Of a stretch of 64,000 nt of DNA, positions 16,182 to 25,180 are shown in pieces. The notes beneath the pieces are model-generated. The model was not told where the DNA came from. It worked only from the letters and a program-made list of their open reading frames with translations, and did not search any database. The stretch comes from Candidatus Cloacimonadales bacterium. Its GTDB lineage: Bacteria > Cloacimonadota > Cloacimonadia > Cloacimonadales > JAIOQZ01. Within the stretch, counting starts at the first letter, position 1; each line of letters starts with the position of its first letter. The position numbers and the translations under genes were made by a program. Location of the stretch: contig CAXXTU010000002.1 of the NCBI GenBank assembly GCA_963662655.2, positions 1-64,000 on the forward strand. The letters are read 5' to 3'.

Positions 16182-17646
16182 AAACGAAAGAAAACAGGCG
16201 ATAGAGGATCAACTCCGGGAAGTACCGGAGCAAGACCGGGTGGGATTCGCCTTTCGCGAGGCTCGCAATATCCTTCACGCCAATCCAGATAAGGCGAGAG
16301 ACTATGCCCTATATCTTCTGGAATACTCGGAGGACGAGAAGGTTCAATGTTCGAGCAAAATGTTGATGGTGGAGGCCCTGTTCGAACTCGGGTACTATGA
16401 AGAATCATACCAGGTATGTCTGGAATGCGCTAAACTCAATGAAATCCACGGTTATCCTGTGCCAAAAGGCAGCATCAATAACTGGCTGGGGCTGGCCCTT
16501 TGGCGTAAAGGAGAGTTGGAGAAAGCTCTTGAGTCGCTCTATTCGGCTTTACGTTTCTTCACGGAGGATGGGAGCAAGGAGCAGGTCGCCAATGTCGAGA
16601 ACAATATCGGTCTGATCTACTGGGAACTCAAGATGGTCGATGACGCGCTGCGTCATTACCAGGAGTCGTTGAATATCAAGACCGAGCTGAATGATGCCAT
16701 CGGTATCGCGACCCTGAACAACAATATTGCCGGTATCTATTACCAGAAGGGCGATTTCGCTACCGCTATCGAATTCATGGACCCAGTGATCCAGTATTTC
16801 ACGGAGGCCGGGAGATTTCGCGAACATATCCAGGTAAGCAATAACAAATCGATTCTATTGATCAGAATCGAAGAGTACGATCAGGCCGAAGACATCCTCA
16901 TGAAATCATACAACACCGCGATCGAAAGGAATTATCGATTCGAGCAGGTCATGTGCCTGACAACGCTGGGTGATCTTGCGTCCAGGCAAGGGAAGCACGA
17001 TAGGGCGGAAGAGTACTTCGCCAAAGCGATAGACATTGGTAAAGAGGTTGATTCCAGGGAACTGGTTAGAACCGCATTGAGTCACCAGGCAGGTTTTTAC
17101 GAGAAAATCGGCGAAGACCGGAAAGCGCTGCAAAGCTTCAAGGAAATGAGCCAGCTTAAGGACGAACTCTTCCACGAGCAGTTCGGCAGCAAAATCGCTG
17201 AACTAGAAACGCGCTTTGAGACGGAGAAAAAGGAGAAGGAGAAGGAAATCTACCGCCTGAAGAACCTGGAGCTCGCACAAAAAAACGCGGAGATTCAGCA
17301 GCAGAAAACCGAGATGGAGATCGCGATCGAGAGACTCAAAGACGCCCAGGAGGAGATTGTCGAACTGGAGAGGAAAGCATCCGCGATGGCGATGGCGGTG
17401 ACGGCAAACCATGAGATCAATCAGCCGTTGATGGTAATCCGCGGAAACCTCGACCTCTTCCGCATGAGCAATTCGTTCGACATGAGCGAAAAGCAGAAGC
17501 AGTATATGCTAAACATCGAGCAATCGATCGATCGGATCAGCAGGATTCTGAAGAAATTCAAGGACGAGTGCCCGACGGGATTCACCGAATACAGCGCATC
17601 GACCGAGATGGTTACTTTCGATGAAGGGGAGAAATCCTGTCATTGA
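16174..17646 (+). CDS. Second TPR-HisKA(DHp-only) paralog
   Basis: Same architecture; identical AMAVTANHEINQPLMVIRGN. Confidence 0.85.
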   Translation: MIENERKQAIEDQLREVPEQDRVGFAFREARNILHANPDKARDYALYLLEYSEDEKVQCSSKMLMVEALFELGYYEESYQVCLECAKLNEIHGYPVPKGSINNWLGLALWRKGELEKALESLYSALRFFTEDGSKEQVANVENNIGLIYWELKMVDDALRHYQESLNIKTELNDAIGIATLNNNIAGIYYQKGDFATAIEFMDPVIQYFTEAGRFREHIQVSNNKSILLIRIEEYDQAEDILMKSYNTAIERNYRFEQVMCLTTLGDLASRQGKHDRAEEYFAKAIDIGKEVDSRELVRTALSHQAGFYEKIGEDRKALQSFKEMSQLKDELFHEQFGSKIAELETRFETEKKEKEKEIYRLKNLELAQKNAEIQQQKTEMEIAIERLKDAQEEIVELERKASAMAMAVTANHEINQPLMVIRGNLDLFRMSNSFDMSEKQKQYMLNIEQSIDRISRILKKFKDECPTGFTEYSASTEMVTFDEGEKSCH

Positions 17647-18044
17647 CGCAAGTTCACTGCCTGGGTTCGCTGTATAACAAAAATTAATAATGCGGCTTTC
17701 TTGCGTTTAATTATTATTATTCTATTGGATTCATTCCTGAAGTTAATGGATGTTTGTCCATTGATAGGTTAGTCAGTGTGAACGCAAGAGAATGATCGAC
17801 ATCGGAAACGGAATCCGGGTCCAACCAAGAAAAACCTCCGAGAAACAGGATTAAGAAAACCACTCTTCGTGCATTTGATCCGTACAGTTGATGTGACGTT
17901 GTAAAGAAATCGCGATCGTCCTCTCATTTTACAAATCAAAGAGATGTGCTGGTTTTATGTGTGTCGCAGTGCAGGTAGCTACATCAACACGTCACAAAGA
18001 ACCGTAAATCAATAACCATTTCCTATAGCATGAACGGAGGATTT

Positions 18045-18935
18045 ATGTGTAATCATCAACATTTTATCATCGGAATGCTCATTCTTGTTATGATCATGGG
18101 AGCAATGGCTCTCGAAGCGAAGACCTGGAAAATCGGTGTGCTTGCCAAACGCGGTGTGAAGCAGACGATGAGTAAGTGGCTGCAAACATCACTCTATCTG
18201 AATGAGAATATCCCGGGAGAGGAATTCATCATAACGCCCTTATCCTTTGAGGATATCCGCACGGCGACCCGGGACGGCAGCGTTGATTTTGTTCTCACAA
18301 ATTCGTCATTCTATGTTGAGTTGAATGCGAAATACGGTGCCCAGGCGATTGCAACCATGGTCAATACCAGCCAGGGGAAGCAGCTCAAGGAATTCGGCGG
18401 CGTCATATTCACATACGCAGATAGCCCTATCAACACACTTGCCGATGTTAAGGGCAAGAGGTTCGCTGCCGTGAATCCTTCCTCGTTCGGTGGGTTTCAG
18501 ATGGGGGCGGCTCTCCTGAGAAAGAACGGCATCGATTACAACAAGGATTTCTCGCAGACGCTGTATTTGAAGACGCATGACGCCGTTGTTTTCAGCGTCA
18601 AGAATAAAGAGGCCGATGTCGGAACGGTCCGCACGGATACGCTGGAGCGGATGGAAACGGAAGGGAAGATTAAGATGTCGGACTTCAAGATATTGAATCC
18701 GATGAGCGATGATTTCCCATTCGCCAGAAGCACACGGCTTTTCCCTGAATGGCCAATGGCAAAGACAAAGAACACGCCCAATGAAATTGCCGATAAAGTG
18801 AAGAAGGCGTTGCTCGAAATGCCGGCGGATTCCGAGGCTGCGAAGTCCGCTAAAATTGCCGGATGGATCGCAGCCCTCGACTATGAACCGGTTCTGGAAT
18901 GCCTGAGATCCGTTGGGTTGGATCCGACGAAATAA
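18045..18935 (+). CDS. Phosphate/phosphonate-binding-type (PhnD-like) periplasmic protein, orphan
   Basis: Signal peptide; IGVLAKRG, DFVLTN, FGGVIF, SFGGF, DVGTVRTDTLERM, FPEWP; RBS GGAGG. Confidence 0.85.
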   Translation: MCNHQHFIIGMLILVMIMGAMALEAKTWKIGVLAKRGVKQTMSKWLQTSLYLNENIPGEEFIITPLSFEDIRTATRDGSVDFVLTNSSFYVELNAKYGAQAIATMVNTSQGKQLKEFGGVIFTYADSPINTLADVKGKRFAAVNPSSFGGFQMGAALLRKNGIDYNKDFSQTLYLKTHDAVVFSVKNKEADVGTVRTDTLERMETEGKIKMSDFKILNPMSDDFPFARSTRLFPEWPMAKTKNTPNEIADKVKKALLEMPADSEAAKSAKIAGWIAALDYEPVLECLRSVGLDPTK

Positions 18936-18955
18936 AACATGTGAACGAAAGATGG

Positions 18956-18998
18956 AAAAGCACGTGAGGATTTCTTCGCGTGCTTTTTTTATTTTTTT
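18956..18998 (+). terminator. Intrinsic terminator
   Basis: AAAAGCACGTGAGG...CTTCGCGTGCTTTT followed by a long T run. Confidence 0.8.
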
Positions 18999-19067
18999 AT
19001 TTCATGGCTAAATAAAAAAAACTTGTAATATTTTCTGAATTATGCATCCTTACAACAGGATAAACGT

Positions 19068-19934
19068 ATGAATCTATCACCGGAATTATCACAGGCGGTT
19101 GAAAGAATGCCGGCTTTTCCAAATTCGATTCAACAAATCATCCGGATTACTTCCGACATGAACGTTGAAGCGAGGGATGTCGTACAGATCATTCGACATG
19201 ATCCGGTACTGACAATGAAGATTCTCTCGCTGGTGAACTCGGCTTATTTCGGTTTGCCAAACCGCGTCACGTCGGTCCATCAGGCTTTCATGCTGCTTGG
19301 CTTGAATACGACGAGGAATTTGCTTCTGAGCATTTCGGCGATACGTTCCATACCGAATATCGACAATATCCCGTTTCTGACTCGACAAGAGTTTTTGCTG
19401 CACTCGCTTTCAACGGCCCTGGTTGCCAAAATCCTTGCGAAGCGAAACAACCTCCCCGCCAACCATTTGGAGGACTATTTTATTGCCGGATTGCTCCACG
19501 ATTTCGGGCGGATCGTCATGGCAATCTCCGATCCGGACAAGTACCGGAAGGTCGTGGAATACGCGGCTGAAACGCCCAGCTATATCTTACAAAGCGAGCA
19601 TGAGTTCTTCGGCTATTTCCATACGGAAGTAGGATTCGAGCTTGCCCGTCACTGGAACCTTTCCCACTTCATTCAACAGGCGATGCTTCGGCATCACGAT
19701 CCTGTCCAGGAGGAAGTGGAGGATTCCGGAATGCCGCCGAAGTTGCTCGAATGCGTCTATTGCGCCAATGTGCTGGCATCGAAGGGAAAATATGGTTTCA
19801 GCGGGGATGTCGGCCCGGCTTTCTTCATTGAAAAGTGCTTTGAAAACATGGGTGTGAACATCGACACGGAACCTATAATAATGGATGAAGTTGAAGAAGA
19901 ACTGGACAAAGCGAAAATTCTCCTTCAAATATGA
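19068..19934 (+). CDS. HDOD domain protein
   Basis: MPAFP, DPVLT.KIL.LVNSAYFG, AGLLHDFG, H..VG..LA..W. Confidence 0.93.
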   Translation: MNLSPELSQAVERMPAFPNSIQQIIRITSDMNVEARDVVQIIRHDPVLTMKILSLVNSAYFGLPNRVTSVHQAFMLLGLNTTRNLLLSISAIRSIPNIDNIPFLTRQEFLLHSLSTALVAKILAKRNNLPANHLEDYFIAGLLHDFGRIVMAISDPDKYRKVVEYAAETPSYILQSEHEFFGYFHTEVGFELARHWNLSHFIQQAMLRHHDPVQEEVEDSGMPPKLLECVYCANVLASKGKYGFSGDVGPAFFIEKCFENMGVNIDTEPIIMDEVEEELDKAKILLQI

Positions 19935-19940
19935 CATGAG

Positions 19941-20837
19941 GTGAAAATGCGAGTAAAATTTTGGGGCGTTCGCGGTACAATACCCACTCCGGGACCAACG
20001 ACTGTGAGGTATGGCGGCAAGACGCTTTGCATTGAGGTGGAAACCGACGACGGTCAATTGATCATTCTCGACGCAGGAACCGGAATCAGGGATCTGGGTA
20101 TCCATCTTGCAGGCAAATCGCCATTGAATTGCTCCGTTTTCATCTCGCATACGCACTGGGATCACATCCAGGGGATCCCGTTCTTCGTCCCTTTGTTCAT
20201 CGCGGGAAACAAGGTGGACATCTACGGAAGCTACGACCCGATCCACGGGAAATCGTTCCGGCAGATTCTCGATGTCCTGATGCAGTTCGAGTATTTCCCG
20301 GTGCGGTTCGACGAGCTGAAATCCGAACGCAATTTCCACGATCTCTCCATCAATCAGGCCATTCGCATCGGTGAAACGACGATTACCACGCACCACATGA
20401 ATCATCCGATCCTCGGCCTGGGCTACAAGATCGAGTCGAACGGGAAATCGCTCTTCTACTCTGGCGATTACGAGCCTCCGGCGAACATCTATTCTCCGGA
20501 CGAATCGGAGTTCATCGAGTATGAAGATTTCATACGGGAGCAGCGTCGGAATCTCGTGGATTTTCTGCAGGGAGTCGATGTGTTGATCATGGATTCGACG
20601 TACACGGAGGTGGAGTACGGTTCGCGAATCGGGTGGGGGCACGGGACGTTCTCGTCGTCGTATCAACTGGCGTGCGAGACCAATGCGAAGAAGGTTTATT
20701 TCTTCCATCACGATCCAGGCCGTACCGATGATCAGCTTGATGAGATTCTTCTGCAGCTGCGAGAGCGCAAGCACCATGAAAGCAAGAATAACCTGCAACT
20801 CGAAATGGCTCGCGAGGGAGTCGAGTTCCATATCTGA
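19941..20837 (+). CDS. MBL-fold metallohydrolase (RNase Z-like/phosphodiesterase type)
   Basis: FWGVRGTIPTPG, DAGTG, SHTHWDHIQG, GWGH, FHHDP. Confidence 0.9.
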   Translation: MKMRVKFWGVRGTIPTPGPTTVRYGGKTLCIEVETDDGQLIILDAGTGIRDLGIHLAGKSPLNCSVFISHTHWDHIQGIPFFVPLFIAGNKVDIYGSYDPIHGKSFRQILDVLMQFEYFPVRFDELKSERNFHDLSINQAIRIGETTITTHHMNHPILGLGYKIESNGKSLFYSGDYEPPANIYSPDESEFIEYEDFIREQRRNLVDFLQGVDVLIMDSTYTEVEYGSRIGWGHGTFSSSYQLACETNAKKVYFFHHDPGRTDDQLDEILLQLRERKHHESKNNLQLEMAREGVEFHI

Positions 20838-20907
20838 TCGATTCTTTTCTTGACGAAACCTCTGGATTTTAGCTTCATTACGTACAGTAAATTACCGGGA
20901 ATAGAGG

Positions 20908-22074
20908 ATGAGAAGAAAGCTTGCCAACAGTATAAATCGGCTCATGATCCGTATCTTCAACGACAAGGAAATACCGCGACATTTCCTGTGGATCATCGTT
21001 TCCATTATTCTGCTGGTTTTTTGCAGCGCGGTTCTGTTTCAGTTTCTGGAAAGGCTCGGCGAGTCCCCGGTCAATTCGCTACGGAGCTTTACCGACGCTG
21101 TTTGGTGGGCGATTGTAACCATTACAACGGTTGGATACGGGGATGTCGTGCCAACGACGTTTGCCGGCAGGATCGTGGGAATCATCCTGATTTTCGTCGG
21201 ATTTACTCTGTTTTCACTGTTAACCGGTTTAATTGCATCACTGATGGTGGAAGATAAATTAAAAGGAGCGCGAGGCGTGAAACCAGTCAAGGAACGCAGC
21301 CACATCGTCGTGTGCGGTTGGAACGAAACAGCCGCTGCGATGCTAACCGCTTTTTCCGAGCGGAACATCGACGATACGATTGTCCTGATCGGAAACTACA
21401 AGCCCGAGTTTTTCTCCGAGCTGGAAGTGAAGTACCCCAATCTGGTGCTGAAATATGTGCGAGGGGATTATTCACAGAAGGAGATTCTCGAGAGAGCGAA
21501 CATCGCGAAGGCTTGCCACGTGATCGTTATTGCAGACGAGAATCTACCGCGCCAGACGGCGGACGATCGCTCGGTGATCGCCGCGAACGCGATCCGCTTC
21601 TGTTCCCCTTCCGTGCCGCTCACCATCCAATTGCTCAATGCACAGAACAGGAACCACCTGGATTCCGCACGCGTGGACAACATCGTCTCGTTCGACGAGA
21701 TGGGCGGTTACATGCTTGCGAGCAACATCATCAGCAAGCATACGCTGAGCTTGTACAACAACCTGCTTCACCATCCCGAGAAGAAGTGCCAGGCTTTGCA
21801 GATTCCGCAGCAGTTTATCGGGAAGAAGTACCAGGAAGTAGTCATGCATTTCTATCAGGAGCGTGACGTCATCCTGATCGGGATTCTCAACGAGCGTCAG
21901 CAGCTCGAGATCGAGGACATCTTCTCCGCGGATACGTCGCCTATCGACGCGTTTATCAAGCAAGCGCTGGAGCAATCGCAGAGCAAGCTCCCCGACCAGC
22001 GTTTCACCATCCACATCAATCCGGAAAAATCTTATCTGATCCAGGAACGGGATCAGGCGCTGGTTATTGATTAG
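20908..22074 (+). CDS. Potassium channel with TrkA-N/RCK domain
   Basis: Selectivity filter TTVGYGD; HIVVCGW RCK motif. Confidence 0.93.
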   Translation: MRRKLANSINRLMIRIFNDKEIPRHFLWIIVSIILLVFCSAVLFQFLERLGESPVNSLRSFTDAVWWAIVTITTVGYGDVVPTTFAGRIVGIILIFVGFTLFSLLTGLIASLMVEDKLKGARGVKPVKERSHIVVCGWNETAAAMLTAFSERNIDDTIVLIGNYKPEFFSELEVKYPNLVLKYVRGDYSQKEILERANIAKACHVIVIADENLPRQTADDRSVIAANAIRFCSPSVPLTIQLLNAQNRNHLDSARVDNIVSFDEMGGYMLASNIISKHTLSLYNNLLHHPEKKCQALQIPQQFIGKKYQEVVMHFYQERDVILIGILNERQQLEIEDIFSADTSPIDAFIKQALEQSQSKLPDQRFTIHINPEKSYLIQERDQALVID

Positions 22075-22082
22075 GAGTCGAC

Positions 22083-22604
22083 ATGGAAGAACGGAAAGAT
22101 CAAATCGAAGTCGATCACAGCGCGCTGGGTGACTTGCAGACTTTCAAGGAGCTGAGCAAGAATCAGCTCGAGATGGTGGCGACGTATCTGGTTCCCGTAT
22201 TCTACAACAAGGGCGAGTACATCATTAAGGAGAACAGCAGCGGTGACTCGCTGTACATCCTGTACAAGGGAACCGTCTCCATTACACGTACCCTCACCAT
22301 GCAAATTCAGGGTTTGAACGCAGAAGAGAAGATGCTTGCGACGTTAACCGACACCGACAAGGCGTCCTTCGGCGAGAATGGTCTTGTGGGGGCCGGAAAG
22401 AGAACGGCAAACGTCATCGCAGCCACCGACTGCATCATGTACCGGCTTTCCAGCGAGTGTTTCAAGAGCATTGTCGAAAAGGATATCTCCGCAGGTTACC
22501 AGATCATGCACAACATCAGCAAATCGCTGGCGATACGCCTTGCGCGCACCGACGAGGATCTGGTCAAGCTCGCGACGGCTTTCTCCATCGCTCTCCGAAG
22601 ATAA
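22083..22604 (+). CDS. Cyclic-nucleotide-binding domain protein
   Basis: GEYIIKEN..GDSLYIL..G.V, SFGE, RTANV. Confidence 0.9.
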   Translation: MEERKDQIEVDHSALGDLQTFKELSKNQLEMVATYLVPVFYNKGEYIIKENSSGDSLYILYKGTVSITRTLTMQIQGLNAEEKMLATLTDTDKASFGENGLVGAGKRTANVIAATDCIMYRLSSECFKSIVEKDISAGYQIMHNISKSLAIRLARTDEDLVKLATAFSIALRR

Positions 22605-22643
22605 AAAAGCAATTGTCTCATTCAAGTTGAGCAACCACCGACC

Positions 22644-22827
22644 GCGCGGCGGGGCGGTGCCGTAAGCCCTTTCATCAAGCCAACATCCACGGAATCCGAA
22701 TTTCATCCGTCTTCCATTGCACGTTGCTTTGGTTTATTCAAGGGCTTACTGCAGTATTTTGAAATGTTTCATGGGAACATTTCAAAATCCTGTAAGTGCG
22801 CGGAGCGCACGCGCCGCCCCGCCGCGC
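22644..22827. repeat. Four-way-junction element (family 2), copy 1
   Basis: Closing stem 22644-22660/22811-22827, two internal stems, and hairpin GTGCGC-GGA-GCGCAC at 22796-22810. Confidence 0.8.
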
Positions 22828-22859
22828 TGGACTGCTGAGCAACGTCGAGTATTGTTGTA

Positions 22860-24293
22860 TTACGTAAAACTCTTCTTCTTCCAGGTCCCCTTCATGTATA
22901 TGTAAAACGCGATGATGCCCGAGAGAATATTGCTTACAACCATCGACCACCACAGGGATTCCCACGGGTATTGCGAGAAGGGTGCAGCAGCCATCTCGAG
23001 GAACTCGGTCAGGAAGCTGTCTTGGAAAAACGCGAAAGTGAGCAGGTAGCCGCTCATCATGTAGGTCATGGGGATGCGGAACATCCACAACCGCGTAACG
23101 CCGATGATCATGGTCGGCATGGTGTGGCCGGCGCCGTTGAACACACCGAAGAAGATCATCATGACGCTGAAGGTTATCGAAGAGAGCGATGTGATCCTGA
23201 ACATGCGCTTGCCGATGTCGATCACGGCAGGGTCGTTGATGAAGAATCGGGTGAGGTCCTTTCCGTAGAAGAACAGGGCTGCCGAGCCGATCAGCATGAT
23301 TCCCACCACAAGGTACATCGAAATCTTGATCCCTTCCACGGCTCTGTCTACCCGCTTGGCACCGAGATTTTGGCCGATGATCGTGGAAAGCGCGCTCGAT
23401 ATTCCCATAGCTGGCATCATGTAAAAGCTGACCATCCGGTTGTTGATAGCATTCGCGGAGATGATAACGGTGCCAAATGTGTTCACGAATCCTTGCAAGA
23501 CAACAAACCCAAGGCTGTTAACGCTGTTCGATATTGAGGCAGGAACCGCGATGCGTATGAGGTTCTTCAGCATGGCGAAATCGGGCTTGATATCGTTCCA
23601 GGAGGGGATGAGATCGGTGTTCTTCCGCATGATAAACCAGATTGCGAGAATTGCGCCAACGACGCGTGCGATCAGTGTGGCGTACGCTGCTCCCAGCGTC
23701 TCCATCCGCATGAAGCCTATACCGAAGATCATCAGTGGGTCAAGCACGACATTCAGGCTGACGGAAACAAGCTGAATCTTCATCGGCGTGATCGTATCTC
23801 CCATTCCCTGCACGATGGCCGAGTAGGAGATGACGATGAACATGAACGCCATTCCGATGAAGATGACGCGGTTGTAATCGATCGCAAGCTGCATGATTTC
23901 CGGCGGTGTCTTCAGGAATTCCAGAATCATCGGCATGGCGAGCTGACTGAACAGTATGAAAGCGGTGATGAAGAATACGAGCACAACGCAGAATTGCCCT
24001 GTGACCAGCTTCACCTTGTCGAGGTCTCCCGCGCCCTTGAACCGGGAAACCAGCGCCGTCCCCGCAATGACGAATCCGTGCCCGAACGACGAGATGAAGA
24101 ACACGAGCGGAAACGCGATCGCCGTTACGGATACGGCATCGACCGCCTTATCACCCAGCTTCCCCAGCCAGAATGCATCCGTTAGGTTATAGAAGACCTG
24201 CACGAAGTTCGAGAACATGATCGGCAGCGAGAGCCGGATCAGGTTCTTTAGCAAATTCCCCTGCGTCAGGTCGGTACGACTTGTGCCAGACAT
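22860..24293 (-). CDS. MATE family efflux transporter
   Basis: DLTQG.L..L..LSLP, YNLTD, QGMGDT.TPM, LNVVLDP; many TM helices. Confidence 0.95.
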   Translation of the reverse strand: MSGTSRTDLTQGNLLKNLIRLSLPIMFSNFVQVFYNLTDAFWLGKLGDKAVDAVSVTAIAFPLVFFISSFGHGFVIAGTALVSRFKGAGDLDKVKLVTGQFCVVLVFFITAFILFSQLAMPMILEFLKTPPEIMQLAIDYNRVIFIGMAFMFIVISYSAIVQGMGDTITPMKIQLVSVSLNVVLDPLMIFGIGFMRMETLGAAYATLIARVVGAILAIWFIMRKNTDLIPSWNDIKPDFAMLKNLIRIAVPASISNSVNSLGFVVLQGFVNTFGTVIISANAINNRMVSFYMMPAMGISSALSTIIGQNLGAKRVDRAVEGIKISMYLVVGIMLIGSAALFFYGKDLTRFFINDPAVIDIGKRMFRITSLSSITFSVMMIFFGVFNGAGHTMPTMIIGVTRLWMFRIPMTYMMSGYLLTFAFFQDSFLTEFLEMAAAPFSQYPWESLWWSMVVSNILSGIIAFYIYMKGTWKKKSFT

Positions 24294-24319
24294 TTACAAT
24301 AACTGTCGACTCCAGCGGA

Positions 24320-25159
24320 TCAGTATTGATACACCAGCTCGACGTCCACCGCCTGGAGCCCACGCTCGCTGTTTGCCAGCGTGAATTCGAAAATGTGATC
24401 ACGGGAGGGCAGTTCGTTGAAGTCCACCTGCGAATTGAGCTGCGAGTGATGCAGAAAAACGGATACGTAAGGCGACTCGTTCCGGCGGGAATCCATGATC
24501 CACAGACCGCCGCTGATATCCTTCATGAAACGCATGAATCCGAATCCCTTTTCGTGATGGTAGGAGTAGCACACGCCGCGTACTCGGCTGCCTACTTCCC
24601 CCCATACCAGTTTCTTCCCATCGCTGTCGAAATTCTCCAGCGGAAGCAGGTCCGGCACCAGGTACCCCGATGTAAAGGTGTCTGCCTCCGTGCGGAGATC
24701 GGTTGAAACATTCTGGAATGCCAGCACTTCTACGCGGCATCCACGACTCTGTAGCGCACGCACCACCTGGATGAAGTCGCCGTCGCCGGTCACCAGCATG
24801 ACGGAGTCGAGGCGATCCGATTGCATCAGCGTATCCACCGCCATGTCGAGGTCAGCGTTCGCCTTGGTGTGTACATTGCCCCAATCGTCATAATAGCGTC
24901 TTACTTTTTTAACAATAACCTTGTATCCGTAATCTCTAAGTACAGCGTGAAAATTCTTCGATTTTCTTCGATACTCAACGTTTTTTTTACCTTCTTCCTC
25001 GTCGTAGGCAATATAAGCGTTCAGGCGCATCGCTACACCCTCGTTACGACAGGAAAATTCTCTCAGCACGTCATAATGAATCCCGTAACCACCGTTCATG
25101 GCAACATTCGATGAATCTACATATACTCCAACTCTCAAGTTCCCTCTCTTATCCATCAC
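24320..25159 (-). CDS. NYN (LabA/DUF88) ribonuclease with C-terminal cold-shock-like OB domain
   Basis: YVDSSN, KANADLDMAVD, LVTGDGDF; KGFGF...VFLHHS. Confidence 0.88.
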   Translation of the reverse strand: MMDKRGNLRVGVYVDSSNVAMNGGYGIHYDVLREFSCRNEGVAMRLNAYIAYDEEEGKKNVEYRRKSKNFHAVLRDYGYKVIVKKVRRYYDDWGNVHTKANADLDMAVDTLMQSDRLDSVMLVTGDGDFIQVVRALQSRGCRVEVLAFQNVSTDLRTEADTFTSGYLVPDLLPLENFDSDGKKLVWGEVGSRVRGVCYSYHHEKGFGFMRFMKDISGGLWIMDSRRNESPYVSVFLHHSQLNSQVDFNELPSRDHIFEFTLANSERGLQAVDVELVYQY

Positions 25160-25180
25160 TTACCTCCAGCGAGGCGATTG

